Program-made: the position numbers and the translations under genes
Virus record (IMG/VR): IMGVR_UViG_3300028364_000014
Span: 173,911-237,910 of that record
Reading direction: 5' to 3' (one strand)
Length of the DNA stretch: 64,000 bases
Shown: positions 17,456-28,330 of the stretch, piece by piece
Layout: every line of letters starts with the position of its first letter
Position numbering within the stretch: the stretch's first letter is position 1
The notes under the pieces: model-generated
Database searches by the model: none
The model's input: the letters and a program-made list of their open reading frames with translations, nothing else
What the model was told of the DNA's origin: nothing

Positions 17456-20400
17456 CTAACTACACCCAGCATATCCACAAGAGGGACAAGTAAAGCATCC
17501 ACTCTGAAATATAATGTCTTTAGATCCGCAATCTGGGCAGGACATACCCAGTTCTCCATTTAAATCTGTTACATAGCCCATAAGGTGTTTTTTTAATCTA
17601 AAAACAAGAGTGCCTGGTCCAGCATTGTCTACTCCACCTAACGCCTTAACAATGTCAATCATAGGAGTATTATGACGAAAAAGAAACCCAAGCATACGTC
17701 CTATTTTTACATGATTAGATTGTCTAGCAAACTTCTTTTCTACCTCTTCTAATTTCTCATCATCTAATTTATATTTTTTAGCTACTTTTTTTAACTCATC
17801 AATTGCATCCATAGTTATTTCTGTCTTAGAAACAGTGTTTGTTGAAATAAAACACGCAAATGGTTTTCTCATCTCAATATCCATAAATGAAAAATGTACG
17901 TACCATTTAGAACCATTACCACGTAAAATGACCCCTTTGGATGGGTACTCTTCAGGAAGTTTAACAACATCATGTATAATATTACCATTTTCATGTCCCT
18001 TAAAAGCATCCAAAAACTCTTCTTGCCTTTCTTTAATCTCTTTAACCTTATCTTTCTTTTTAGACTCAAGAACAGCTATAGAAGTACCTTCACGATAAGT
18101 AGTACACCCTTTAATTCCTTGCTTATGGACCTTACTATACAACGCTTTAAAATCATCAAAAGATATGTCATTGGGTAAGTTGATCGTTTTACTACTTGAC
18201 TGATCAATATACTTACTTACAGTATTCAAAATAGTAAAATGTTCTTGTACAGACAGCTTTGTAGCGGTAGTAAATTCAGTTTTGCCGTGCTTCAAAGCCT
18301 GATAATATCCATAATCTCTAATAGTTTCAGCTTTACATAATCCTTGATTCTTATCTATTCTATATTCACCATCTGTAGATATAAGAACAATTTCATCAGC
18401 AATACTTTCTTCTTTTAAATAATCTGTTTCAAACCATTCTCCTTTATGTATAGATGGGTATTTAAAATCCATAGGCTTTCCTTCTATCCTATTCCATCTA
18501 GTATACTCTGTAGAAAATACTGGTTCTAACCCACCAGATACATTGCCAGCAAGAATTGCTAGAGTACCAGTAGGAGCTATAGCAGCAACGGCACTATTAC
18601 GTAAACCGTATTTTCTAATAAGGTCGAGTGTCTCCTCGTCTAAAACTTCCCCATGTTTCACATAACCAGTCTCTAATAATTTTTCATCATAAAGGGCAAA
18701 AGGACCCCTTTCTTTAGCAAGCATGGCGGACTTTTTATATGCGGTATTCATAAACAAATGGAGCATCCATTCTGTAAACTCAACACTTTCTTTTCCACCA
18801 TAACGAATGCCCATCATCATAAACAAAGAAGCTAGTCCACAAAAACCAAGACCAATCTTTCGTTTCATCTTAGAAGCATCTTCATACATAGGCAATGGGT
18901 AATCTGATATGTCGATTATATTATCTAAAGCTTCAACCATAATATTTATATCTAACATAAGAAGTTGGTCATTAAATATACCTGTTTCAATGTCGTAGTA
19001 ACGCACCAAATTTAAGGACCCTAAATTACATACATCACCAAGGTCGTACAAAGCCCCTTTGTGTTCTACAATACCGGTGTTTCCGGGTACTTCTCCACAT
19101 TGTCTGGTACTAAACCCATTACAAATAACAGAGTGATAATCTTCTTGGGTTAAACAATACACATCTTCTTTTCCTATAAACTCTATTGCCTTAATTTTTT
19201 CATAGAATTTTTGTTTGTGTATAATTTTGTCTTCTTTCCAAGAAAAAAACTTATCATTTTTATACGGAAGCATGAATCCTATTTGGCTCATAAAACTATC
19301 TCTACTACCGCTAAAAAGTATCAACTCATAATTATCTTTACACCAATATTTCTTTAGCCCTCCCAGTCCATCAGGAAGTTTTCTATAGTCAGCTTTTCTA
19401 CGTAAGTTAATATTAGATCTAATACCAAAATTAGATAGTAAAATTTGTACATCTTTAATTAGGCTTGGCATAGAACTATTTAATCTAATAGAACAACCTG
19501 ACCTAATAGAACTAATGTTCACAGTACCGTCCGCCTGAAATAACCCCTGAAGATACCCTTTTACAAAATCCTTAGTTCCCTTAAATATAAATTCTGGGAC
19601 TTCTTCTTTAATAGACAATAAACCAAACTCTTCAAAAATTCTGTAAAGAACCGCTGATTTAATCTCATACATATCTTTACTCTTAATATAACGAGCTTTT
19701 ACTGTAGTATCTGAATAGTGTCCTCCGTATTCTCTTATCAAAGTATTAGTGGTCTCTACAAGTTCATCTATTAATACATTATCTTTCCCCCACAATCTAA
19801 TGTAAACTTTATTATTCTTACAATTGTATTTTTTATCCCAACCTTCGTATATAGTACCATCACCTGCTATTATTCCTATAAGTCTCCCAAAAGATAAATT
19901 ACCGTTCTTCCCAAAACCACATAACCCAGAACAAATATCTACGCTATCCCCAACCTTAAGGTCCTTTAATTCTTTTGGACCTTCGGGGGTATTAAACTCG
20001 TGGTAATCTGTAGTTTTAATTTCATATCCCGCAGAAGTAGTCAATTTAAATACATCTCTATCTTCACCAGTCTTATATACATGAGTAGTCTTTAGCAGTG
20101 TGGTGCCTATAGAACCATCTATTTGTCTATTATCAGCATAAACCTCATTAGACCCACCTTCTTTATACAAGTCATATATACGCTCCATACCTTTAGATGT
20201 ATGTAATAACATGTCTCCTGTAAAACAAGGATTAGTTGCGCTAATACTACTACTCAAGTAATTAACATTATCCATTTTTCTAATTGTGTCAATAAACAAT
20301 AACCCTGGTTCATTTCTATTATAACTACTCTTCAAAAGAAGTTCCCACAAATAATTAGCTTTTACTGTACGATATACTACAGTAGGATAACCTTTATCTG

Positions 20401-21124
20401 CCCACTTCTCGAAGTTACCATCCCACTCTTTCTCATACTTTTCAAAATTAATATCTGGAAACCAAAGATCCCAATCAAGATCATTTTCCACACAGTACAT
20501 AAATGCGTCTGATATTAAAACCGACATATTCATTTTAGTCAGTCTATTAGGAGTGGATTTAGTTGTAATAAACTCCTCAATGTCTGGGTGATTTACATTC
20601 ATCGTTACCATAGTAGCACCTTTTCTAATACTATTTTTAGACGGCACCCCTTGATACGAATCATTTTTATCAACACTACCTGATGTAATAACTTCAGAAA
20701 CTTTATCAAAAATCTCTAGGAACTTTATTGCTCCTGGTGAAGCTACACCTATCTTCCTAATCAACGTCTTAGCTGGCCTAAAAAAATTGGCACAGAACCC
20801 AACTCCTCCTTCTGTTTTCAGCGTGCACGCATACTTAGTAACCATATCCATAATCCCTTCTAATGAGTCTGGATCTTTTGTCACAGACTCAATGAAGCAA
20901 TTAAAAAGTGTCAACCCTTTTTCATCTACACCTATATTAGAATTAATTCTTCCACCAAATAAAGTCCTAAAATCTAAAATTGACCCTTTTAGTTGGTGCT
21001 TTTTATCCCCGTCATCTGGGAAAATAGAGGACGAAATCCGTTCACAAAAACCATCGTATGTCTCATCTTTATACTTATACTTATTCTCCCAAATCTTTTC
21101 TTGAAAACTGTCTACAAATGTCAT
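17456..21124 (-). CDS. nrdJ: class II (B12-dependent) ribonucleotide reductase with intein
   Basis: FGGRI, TLFNC, NEPGLLF, TNP|CGE, CNLGSLNL, IGLG, APTGT, DQSSSKTIN, KGCTTYR, C-terminal Zn ribbon. Confidence 0.92.
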   Translation of the reverse strand: MTFVDSFQEKIWENKYKYKDETYDGFCERISSSIFPDDGDKKHQLKGSILDFRTLFGGRINSNIGVDEKGLTLFNCFIESVTKDPDSLEGIMDMVTKYACTLKTEGGVGFCANFFRPAKTLIRKIGVASPGAIKFLEIFDKVSEVITSGSVDKNDSYQGVPSKNSIRKGATMVTMNVNHPDIEEFITTKSTPNRLTKMNMSVLISDAFMYCVENDLDWDLWFPDINFEKYEKEWDGNFEKWADKGYPTVVYRTVKANYLWELLLKSSYNRNEPGLLFIDTIRKMDNVNYLSSSISATNPCFTGDMLLHTSKGMERIYDLYKEGGSNEVYADNRQIDGSIGTTLLKTTHVYKTGEDRDVFKLTTSAGYEIKTTDYHEFNTPEGPKELKDLKVGDSVDICSGLCGFGKNGNLSFGRLIGIIAGDGTIYEGWDKKYNCKNNKVYIRLWGKDNVLIDELVETTNTLIREYGGHYSDTTVKARYIKSKDMYEIKSAVLYRIFEEFGLLSIKEEVPEFIFKGTKDFVKGYLQGLFQADGTVNISSIRSGCSIRLNSSMPSLIKDVQILLSNFGIRSNINLRRKADYRKLPDGLGGLKKYWCKDNYELILFSGSRDSFMSQIGFMLPYKNDKFFSWKEDKIIHKQKFYEKIKAIEFIGKEDVYCLTQEDYHSVICNGFSTRQCGEVPGNTGIVEHKGALYDLGDVCNLGSLNLVRYYDIETGIFNDQLLMLDINIMVEALDNIIDISDYPLPMYEDASKMKRKIGLGFCGLASLFMMMGIRYGGKESVEFTEWMLHLFMNTAYKKSAMLAKERGPFALYDEKLLETGYVKHGEVLDEETLDLIRKYGLRNSAVAAIAPTGTLAILAGNVSGGLEPVFSTEYTRWNRIEGKPMDFKYPSIHKGEWFETDYLKEESIADEIVLISTDGEYRIDKNQGLCKAETIRDYGYYQALKHGKTEFTTATKLSVQEHFTILNTVSKYIDQSSSKTINLPNDISFDDFKALYSKVHKQGIKGCTTYREGTSIAVLESKKKDKVKEIKERQEEFLDAFKGHENGNIIHDVVKLPEEYPSKGVILRGNGSKWYVHFSFMDIEMRKPFACFISTNTVSKTEITMDAIDELKKVAKKYKLDDEKLEEVEKKFARQSNHVKIGRMLGFLFRHNTPMIDIVKALGGVDNAGPGTLVFRLKKHLMGYVTDLNGELGMSCPDCGSKDIIFQSGCFTCPSCGYAGCS
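19100..20227 (-). mobile_element. intein (376 aa) with LAGLIDADG endonuclease in NrdJ, C-terminal Gln
   Basis: Starts CFTGD after NP; IIAGDG and LFQADG blocks; ends NGFSTRQ followed by CGE. Confidence 0.9.
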
Positions 21125-21133
21125 ATTCTTCTC

Positions 21134-22345
21134 CTAATATCTTTTATTTACTATTGCTTGATACCACGCTTTATGCCAGCTCCTATCTTTGTTCGCTTTA
21201 CTATTACAAGAACGACATATGGTTATTAAATTACTAGGTTTACAGTCTTTCTTGTCGTAATTAATGTGATGGATAGTTAAATCGTTTGGATTTTTAGAAT
21301 TACAGTACGGATTTAAACATTTATTTCCATCACGATTTCTTATATCTTTTTTATAATCTAAGTCTTTCCAGACTTCACAATAAAGCTCGAAGGATTTACC
21401 TCCTCTCCATTGTTGATTACCAGCACCAAAACTATCCAAGTGTGAACAAACCGGACACCTATGACCATCCGCCCAATCATAAAACCTAATTGTACCTTTA
21501 TGTCCTAAAGGGCATATATAGTTTAGCTTTGTTTTATTGTTTTTATATTCACCACTTAAAAGGGTATAACCCTCCAATTCAAAAAAACTTCTTACCTCTT
21601 TAATAGTTTTCTTCATTTTACCAGAACATTCTGGGCATCTATTACCTTGTTTCCAATTACCCCAAACCATACTACAGTGATGCCCTTTATCACAAACATA
21701 ATCAAGTTTAGAGTTATTGTTAATATATTCAGTGCTTAGTAATATGTAGCCTGCCTCCTTAAAAGAATTTTTTACAAGATCATAGGATGGTTTAACATTA
21801 TCACTACAATAAAAACATCTTTTACCTTGTTGCCAATCATTCCACATAATACTGTGATGATGCCCTTTTGGGCATTTAAAAATCAATTTAGTATGTGCAT
21901 TTTTATACTTTTCACTAAGTAAAATGTAACCTTCTTTTTTAAAAGAATTTTTAATAAAAGAAAGGCTATGTCTTCTGTTATTTATTGAGCACTTATTACA
22001 TCTACTACCAGACTTCCAATTTTTCCAACTTATCGAACCTACATGCCCATTAACACATCTATAATCTAACTTTGTGTGTGCATTTTTATAACACTCACTC
22101 AATAAAAAGTAGCCTTCTTTATTAAAGGCGGTTTTTATATCACGTATATCAGGCTTAATAACTCCTGAACAGTACGGACATCTATAACATGTTTGCCAAT
22201 TTGCCCAAGTAATACTGTGTTTATGTCCATTAGGGCATATATAATTTAATTTAGTGTGAGCATTTACATACTCCTCACTAAGGAGGGTATAGCCCTCCTT
22301 CTCAAAAGATTTTTTAACAAAACTATATGTTAATTTTTTTGACAT
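21134..22345 (-). CDS. Zn-ribbon-repeat HNH endonuclease (5 repeats)
   Basis: Five ~60-aa EGY.LLS..Y.N...KL...C..GH...W....RC..C repeats; C-terminal IHHI...N...C..CN. Confidence 0.85.
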   Translation of the reverse strand: MSKKLTYSFVKKSFEKEGYTLLSEEYVNAHTKLNYICPNGHKHSITWANWQTCYRCPYCSGVIKPDIRDIKTAFNKEGYFLLSECYKNAHTKLDYRCVNGHVGSISWKNWKSGSRCNKCSINNRRHSLSFIKNSFKKEGYILLSEKYKNAHTKLIFKCPKGHHHSIMWNDWQQGKRCFYCSDNVKPSYDLVKNSFKEAGYILLSTEYINNNSKLDYVCDKGHHCSMVWGNWKQGNRCPECSGKMKKTIKEVRSFFELEGYTLLSGEYKNNKTKLNYICPLGHKGTIRFYDWADGHRCPVCSHLDSFGAGNQQWRGGKSFELYCEVWKDLDYKKDIRNRDGNKCLNPYCNSKNPNDLTIHHINYDKKDCKPSNLITICRSCNSKANKDRSWHKAWYQAIVNKRY

Positions 22346-22926
22346 TACTTATCAGTAGACCCAGAACCTCCAACCCTTGTAACATCGCTATTACAATTAT
22401 CTGATTCAAGGAACTTTTTGAATATACCTTGCACTACCGCATCACCTTTATTAAATACCCTAGTTCTATCACCGAAGTTCCAAAGAAAAATACCTATATT
22501 ACCATCATTTTTTACATTACTATAGTAATCACTATCAATAATTCCTACAATATTTTTAATCCTTATCTCATTTTTATTTGCAAGAGATGACCTAGGGTAA
22601 ACCTCAAGTACTTCATCATCTAGCATATATGCTTTTACATCTGTCCAAATAAACGCACCTTCTCCAGGTAGAATTTCTACATCAGTGGGCAGAAAAAAAT
22701 CGTACCCTGCTGATTTAGCAGTACCTCTCAACGGAAGTGTAACTTCTTCACATACTGAATAAGCCTTCAGGTAATCTTTTGCTACTACTTCAAATCCTCT
22801 AGTTCTTTTTACTTCTTTCATAATTAATTTTCCTTTTACGTCCAAGTTAATTGTATTTGTACCCTGGTAATCTGTATATACTTCTATAGTCTTTTTTTCT
22901 ACTGAATTTTTAATACCTATAATCAT
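22345..22926 (-). CDS. dut: trimeric dUTPase (probable start 22821)
   Basis: SAGYDF, PRSS, GIIDSDY, VVQGIF, RVGGSGSTD. Confidence 0.92.
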   Translation of the reverse strand: MIIGIKNSVEKKTIEVYTDYQGTNTINLDVKGKLIMKEVKRTRGFEVVAKDYLKAYSVCEEVTLPLRGTAKSAGYDFFLPTDVEILPGEGAFIWTDVKAYMLDDEVLEVYPRSSLANKNEIRIKNIVGIIDSDYYSNVKNDGNIGIFLWNFGDRTRVFNKGDAVVQGIFKKFLESDNCNSDVTRVGGSGSTDK

Positions 22927-23998
22927 ATCGTCTATACAATAGCGCTTGATACCAAGACTTATGCCAGTTCCTGTCTGTATTTGCTTTAGAGTTACAAGAA
23001 CGGCACACCGTAATTAAATTACTAGGCTTGCAGTTCTTTTTATTATAATCAATGTGGTGAATTGTTAGGTCGTTTTTATTCGATGAATTACAATATGGAT
23101 TCAAACATTTATTATCATCCCTATTTCTTATATCCTGTTTGTATTCTTTGTCTTTCCAGGCTTCACAATAAGGTTCGAAGGATTTTCCACCTTGCCAATT
23201 AGGGTGCCCTGAACCACATCTAGTTATTGATAGGTTTATACCTTTACAGGTAGGGCACCTATAACCAGTTCTCCAATTACCCCAAGTAATACTATGTCCG
23301 TGCCCTTCAGAACAAACATACTCAAGTTTAATATGTGCATTTTCATACTTTTTACTTAATAAGATATAACCTTCTTTTTTAAACTCCTCTTTTATATATT
23401 CAATTGTTTTTTTATTATTACCAACACAATAAGGACATCTACAACCTGATACCCAATCCCTATAAGTGATACTATGAGAGTGCTTATTAGGACATATGTA
23501 ATCAAGTTTAGTACTGCTATTTTTATACTCCTCACTCAGAAGAATGTACCCCTCTTTTTCTAAAGAATTCCTAACTGTATCAAAACTCGGCTTCAAGTTA
23601 CCATGACAGTAGTAACAACGGTTTCCCGAAGCCCAATCATCCCATCTTATTGAGTGTTTATGCCCTTTAGGACAAATATATTCTAGTTTTTGTTTATTAT
23701 TTTTATAAACAGTAGTTAATAAAGTGTACCCTTCATTATAGAAAGCCTCTCTTATCTTATCTAATGACAGTTTTCTCTTATCGAAGTTACAAAACCTACA
23801 CCTATGTCCTAATAACCAATTACCCCAAGTAATACTATGATAATGACCTCTGGGACACCTATAATCAAGTTTGTTGGTATACCCCTCGTATTCAGTACTA
23901 AGTAAGGTGTATCCTTCTTTTTTAAAATACTCTTTAATGAGTGTAATATTGTACTTCTTATTAGCCATACTATTCCTGGGGTGCACCACATTTAGCAC
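22910..23998 (-). CDS. Zn-ribbon-repeat HNH endonuclease (4 repeats)
   Basis: Same repeat and C-terminal nuclease domain as 21134-22345. Confidence 0.85.
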   Translation of the reverse strand: MLNVVHPRNSMANKKYNITLIKEYFKKEGYTLLSTEYEGYTNKLDYRCPRGHYHSITWGNWLLGHRCRFCNFDKRKLSLDKIREAFYNEGYTLLTTVYKNNKQKLEYICPKGHKHSIRWDDWASGNRCYYCHGNLKPSFDTVRNSLEKEGYILLSEEYKNSSTKLDYICPNKHSHSITYRDWVSGCRCPYCVGNNKKTIEYIKEEFKKEGYILLSKKYENAHIKLEYVCSEGHGHSITWGNWRTGYRCPTCKGINLSITRCGSGHPNWQGGKSFEPYCEAWKDKEYKQDIRNRDDNKCLNPYCNSSNKNDLTIHHIDYNKKNCKPSNLITVCRSCNSKANTDRNWHKSWYQALLYRRYDYRY

Positions 23999-26900
23999 AC
24001 ACTAATTTAGTCCCATAATGGGCATCATTTACAAACTCCATATCACAACACCCACATTCTTCACCATCAATTTTATTTTCACAAGATCCTTTTAACCAGC
24101 AAGGACCTAAAAGCGCATCAGTCTCCATAGTAATTTTACTAAAGTATTTACCAAAACCATCTATTAAAGAATTAGCTACAAGTTCTCTTACAGCATCTAC
24201 TTGATCATTTCTTACCTCTACAACTACTTCATCATGTACTGTTAATAAAAGTTTTGCATCATAATCACTAGCTTCTAACCTATTCACCGTCAAAATCATC
24301 GCTTCTTTAACAGTGTCGGCATTCGCACCTTGCACCCCTGCGTTTTTAGCCGCTCTTTCAACTGCACGTTGTTTAGTTACCCTATCTGGATGTCCATATG
24401 GGGGTATATTATAATATCTTTTTCTCCCACTTATAGTCTGCGAAAAACCATTTTTAACTGCACCCCGTGCCGCGTGCTCTAAATAAGTTTTAACCCCACT
24501 ATACCGTTCAAAATAAGTATTAATCATATTATCTGCTTCTTTTTCTTTTATTTTAAGTCTAGCTGCCAATCCATATTTTGATAGCCCATAACAATTATGA
24601 ACTACAAACCCATTGGCTGAAAAATACGGGTGCTCATTTACTGATATATCATATACTTTAGCAATACCAACCCTTTTAATGCTTTTAATATCTAAAGGAA
24701 TAATATTATTGGAGTAAATAAAATCTAAAAATTTATCTAATTTGTGCAGTCTTTTAATACATATATTTCCTATAGCATTATTAGTGTATTTACTACAATT
24801 ATATAGTGTATCATAATAAACCCTGTTAGACTTTAAATCACTAGGGATAGATTTAATCATTTTATTTAATATCTTAGATTGATTACGTAATGAATAAGAA
24901 GACTCGTTATATTTACTTTTTACTTTATATTTATTATTTTTGTAAGCCGTTACAAAACCGATATCGTTAATAAATTTTTGCCTAAACTTATTGGTAATTA
25001 TGTCTAATGTATAATATAACTCTCCCGGATAATTTTTTCTTGTTTCTTTTAAAATAGAAGAAACATAACCAAAATTTAAAAACATTAATTGGATATCCTT
25101 TATAAGGGCTATAGATTTACTACTGTATTGAATTTTTACTGTATTACCATTTTTCTTTATAGTACCATCACCCTCCATTAACCAACGTAAAAACATTACT
25201 TGCACATCTTTTTTACTACATTTTACACACTCCGGTACACATACTGAATCTGTTTTTAATTTCTCAGAGTACTTAAAAATACTATACAACCATTCACAAA
25301 ATAATACTGAGTTAATACTATATTGTATTTTTTCAGCACTACTCACTCTTGAAAATCTAGTACTAAACAATTTAACAAATAGTTTATCTATATTTTGTAT
25401 GAATTCTGAAGACGCTTTTTTAGAAAAACAAAAAGACACTAAACTATATTTATCCCTACCTCTAACTTTTATTAAAGAACCTTCTGAAACAAACAGCCCT
25501 AAGAAGGCCGCCCAATCTTTAGTTAGGTATTTAGGTAAATTAAAGTGCTTATAATTCGTATTTTTTTGCACATCAAATTTATCATACTTATATAAACTAT
25601 TATTAAATAAATTAGAATTATTTTTTATACAAAGTTGCTCTGTACTAATATCAATATCTTTTAATTTTTTATCTACATAGTTCCCCTCCTTATCAATAAC
25701 CTTCATTACATGATCTAAGGTAGTTTTTAATGTATATCCAAATTGGGTTTCAATTTCGAATACTTCTTTTTTGCCCATATATCTATGAGCTTTTACACTA
25801 TTAGACCCTTTATCGTGAGATACCACATCACCTATTTCTACGTCTTTAATTGCTTTAATCCCACTATCCGTGATAATCTCAGTATCTCCATGAATACAAA
25901 GACCAAAATTAATTGCTTTAGCCTTACTTCTACTATCATGCTTAACTTCCTCTATAGGAATACTAAATACTTCAGAAGCAGTTCTAGTATGTAAGTCGAT
26001 CCCATGAGCATAACACTCAATAAAAACAGGATCTTCTGAAAGATTACCAAGAATCCTAAGCTCGGCACCAGACATATCTGCAGTAACTAAACTATACCCT
26101 GGCTTAGCGATAAAACAACTTCTAAATCTTTGTTTCTTTGGTATATTCTGTAAATTTGGAGCACTAGAACTCATACGCCCAGTTTGTACCATCTGCCTAA
26201 AACGAGTATGAAGTCTACCAGTTAAAGGATGAATCTTTTCTAGCAACGTTTCACCGTACGTAGACATTAATTTATTAAGTTTTCTATAAGAAAGAATTTT
26301 TTCAATAATAGGGATATCTTTATACTTTTCTAGTGAGCTGGCAGAAGTACTATCTAGTTTTACCCCTTGAGTTCTTAGTGCTTTTAATAATTGGGAAGGG
26401 CTATCTATATTAACAACAGGTATACCAAATAATATATTTTGTCCATGGTCAGTAGATAATAACTGATTGATGTCTTCTTGAGCCTCATCACGTTCTTGCT
26501 CAATATCTTTCATCATTATTCGCCACTTATCTATATCTAATGTTATCCCATTTAACTCCATCTCACACATTGGTTTAGTAAACTCAAACTCTAATCTACA
26601 AACATTATCAAATCCTTCCGCGTGTATACGAGGTAATTGTAATTCTCTAATTAAAGCAAGAATCGCAACATCATTAGCAGCGTATTCAATCTGGTAAGGT
26701 TTAAACACCTGATTATAATCCTGAAAAGTTCCGCCAGGCTCTTTAGCCATAGAAAGACCTAAATATTTTTTAACTAGGTCCTTCAAACTAGCTCCCTTCG
26801 CATTAACTCCTAAATTAAATAACTGCTCTACCAGCATAGTATCATAAATATTCTCAAGATAGTACCCAGCGTGTACCTTTAACATTTTCATATCAAATAC

Positions 26901-27200
26901 AGCATTCTGTAATAATTTAAGTATCTTAGGATTATTAAGAACTGGTGCCAATTGGTCAAGATGTACAGTTGAATGTTCTGTGTCACTTCTCACATCAAAA
27001 ACAAATGACTTATTTGGAATACCTATTTGTACTAAAACAATCTTCTTTGTATAAGGGTCAAAACCTGTTGTTTCTGTATCTACCTCTATCATAGGATGTC
27101 TAAGAATCTCAGCTATTACTGAGGCTACATCCTCTGCCCTAGTAATATAAGCAAAGTTCGGCTTAGGTAGAAAAAATTCTTCTACATCAAAAGTACTCAT
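23970..27200 (-). CDS. polA: family A DNA polymerase (3'-5' exonuclease plus polymerase) with intein
   Basis: VDTETTG, RMSSSAPNLQNIP, ADMSGAELR, KAINFGL|CYG, TVHDEV. Confidence 0.93.
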   Translation of the reverse strand: MSTFDVEEFFLPKPNFAYITRAEDVASVIAEILRHPMIEVDTETTGFDPYTKKIVLVQIGIPNKSFVFDVRSDTEHSTVHLDQLAPVLNNPKILKLLQNAVFDMKMLKVHAGYYLENIYDTMLVEQLFNLGVNAKGASLKDLVKKYLGLSMAKEPGGTFQDYNQVFKPYQIEYAANDVAILALIRELQLPRIHAEGFDNVCRLEFEFTKPMCEMELNGITLDIDKWRIMMKDIEQERDEAQEDINQLLSTDHGQNILFGIPVVNIDSPSQLLKALRTQGVKLDSTSASSLEKYKDIPIIEKILSYRKLNKLMSTYGETLLEKIHPLTGRLHTRFRQMVQTGRMSSSAPNLQNIPKKQRFRSCFIAKPGYSLVTADMSGAELRILGNLSEDPVFIECYAHGIDLHTRTASEVFSIPIEEVKHDSRSKAKAINFGLCIHGDTEIITDSGIKAIKDVEIGDVVSHDKGSNSVKAHRYMGKKEVFEIETQFGYTLKTTLDHVMKVIDKEGNYVDKKLKDIDISTEQLCIKNNSNLFNNSLYKYDKFDVQKNTNYKHFNLPKYLTKDWAAFLGLFVSEGSLIKVRGRDKYSLVSFCFSKKASSEFIQNIDKLFVKLFSTRFSRVSSAEKIQYSINSVLFCEWLYSIFKYSEKLKTDSVCVPECVKCSKKDVQVMFLRWLMEGDGTIKKNGNTVKIQYSSKSIALIKDIQLMFLNFGYVSSILKETRKNYPGELYYTLDIITNKFRQKFINDIGFVTAYKNNKYKVKSKYNESSYSLRNQSKILNKMIKSIPSDLKSNRVYYDTLYNCSKYTNNAIGNICIKRLHKLDKFLDFIYSNNIIPLDIKSIKRVGIAKVYDISVNEHPYFSANGFVVHNCYGLSKYGLAARLKIKEKEADNMINTYFERYSGVKTYLEHAARGAVKNGFSQTISGRKRYYNIPPYGHPDRVTKQRAVERAAKNAGVQGANADTVKEAMILTVNRLEASDYDAKLLLTVHDEVVVEVRNDQVDAVRELVANSLIDGFGKYFSKITMETDALLGPCWLKGSCENKIDGEECGCCDMEFVNDAHYGTKLVCAKCGAPQE
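24594..25898 (-). mobile_element. intein (435 aa) with LAGLIDADG endonuclease in PolA motif B
   Basis: Starts CIHGD; LFVSEG and LMEGDG blocks; ends NGFVVHN followed by C. Confidence 0.92.
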
Positions 27201-27203
27201 AAG

Positions 27204-28259
27204 TTATCCTCTCATTATTTTAGTTATCTTGTAGAAATAATTCACTAAGATATGGTGTGCAGGTTTTCCTGTATAAAGTATAGGAGTTGTGATTACATCT
27301 AAAACAGCAGAAAGCTTGTCGCCCTCAGTAGTAGTCTTGCACCACTTTAAACGGGCAGTAAAAAATCCAGCAGTAGCAATTCTAATTTGTTCTTCTGGAA
27401 TACTTTTTAACTTTGTTAATATGGCGACAGCATCTTTAAATTTTCTACCATAAAGGCACTTACCTATTTCCATTATATTAGGATGCTCTTCGTCCAAAGC
27501 GTGATTCTCTAGTATAAGCTTCACATTTTCAAGCTCCCAACTTTCTTCGTCAATTACCTTTTTTAAATTAGCAATTGCCTCTCTTGGGACACCTTTAGCT
27601 GTAGCAACTATGTACTCCACAATATCAAGCTTATAAGTAATACCCTCAAAATCACAAATATTAATGAGGGCACCTCTAATTAAATCATCTGTCATATACC
27701 CAAAATGCATATTAATATTTCTGCCTGTGAACTCAACTAAAAGTTTTTCAGGTTTATTAGTACAAAAAATAAAATACACATGGCTAAATCCATCTTCAAT
27801 TTTCTTAAGTAATAAATCCTGAGCAGCAGTAGTAAGTTTATGTGCCTCATCAAAAATTAAAACTTTATTTCTACTCATAACAGGACTATATGAAAGATCT
27901 TGTGTTATCTTGTCTACTGAATCCTTACCCCCAGCCTCACCCACATTAATTTCAAGTACGTCAAAACTAGCGTGGTTTAATATACTCACACAACTGTCGC
28001 AAGTTAAACACGGCTCGGCTGTTGAACCTTCTTTTATTGACTCACAATTTAATCCAAGAGCAACTACTCTAGCGGCAGTAGTTTTCCCACACCCTGAAGG
28101 ACCAGTAAGTAATAAATTATGCGGTGTAGTCCCCTTAGTAAGATTATTTTTAATAATTTTTTTATTTATTTCTTGCCCGATAACTTCATCTATTGTGCAA
28201 GGTCTATAAATAGTAATTAAATCGTTTGCTCCACTTTCTGTCATTCTTCTAATTAACAT
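27204..28259 (-). CDS. dnaX: DNA polymerase III gamma/tau-like clamp loader subunit
   Basis: YRP...GQE, GPSGCGKTT, CLTCDSC, FDEAH, LLKKIE. Confidence 0.88.
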   Translation of the reverse strand: MLIRRMTESGANDLITIYRPCTIDEVIGQEINKKIIKNNLTKGTTPHNLLLTGPSGCGKTTAARVVALGLNCESIKEGSTAEPCLTCDSCVSILNHASFDVLEINVGEAGGKDSVDKITQDLSYSPVMSRNKVLIFDEAHKLTTAAQDLLLKKIEDGFSHVYFIFCTNKPEKLLVEFTGRNINMHFGYMTDDLIRGALINICDFEGITYKLDIVEYIVATAKGVPREAIANLKKVIDEESWELENVKLILENHALDEEHPNIMEIGKCLYGRKFKDAVAILTKLKSIPEEQIRIATAGFFTARLKWCKTTTEGDKLSAVLDVITTPILYTGKPAHHILVNYFYKITKIMRG

Positions 28260-28296
28260 TATTACTCCTTTTATTTCTTGGTCATAAGGTTAATAT

Positions 28297-28324
28297 AATA
28301 TAATACATAAAACTAATTTGTCAA
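28297..28324 (-). promoter_or_regulatory. promoter TTGACA-N16-TATATT upstream of dnaX
   Basis: aatata 28297-28302, tgtcaa 28319-28324. Confidence 0.8.
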
Positions 28325-28330
28325 GTTATT

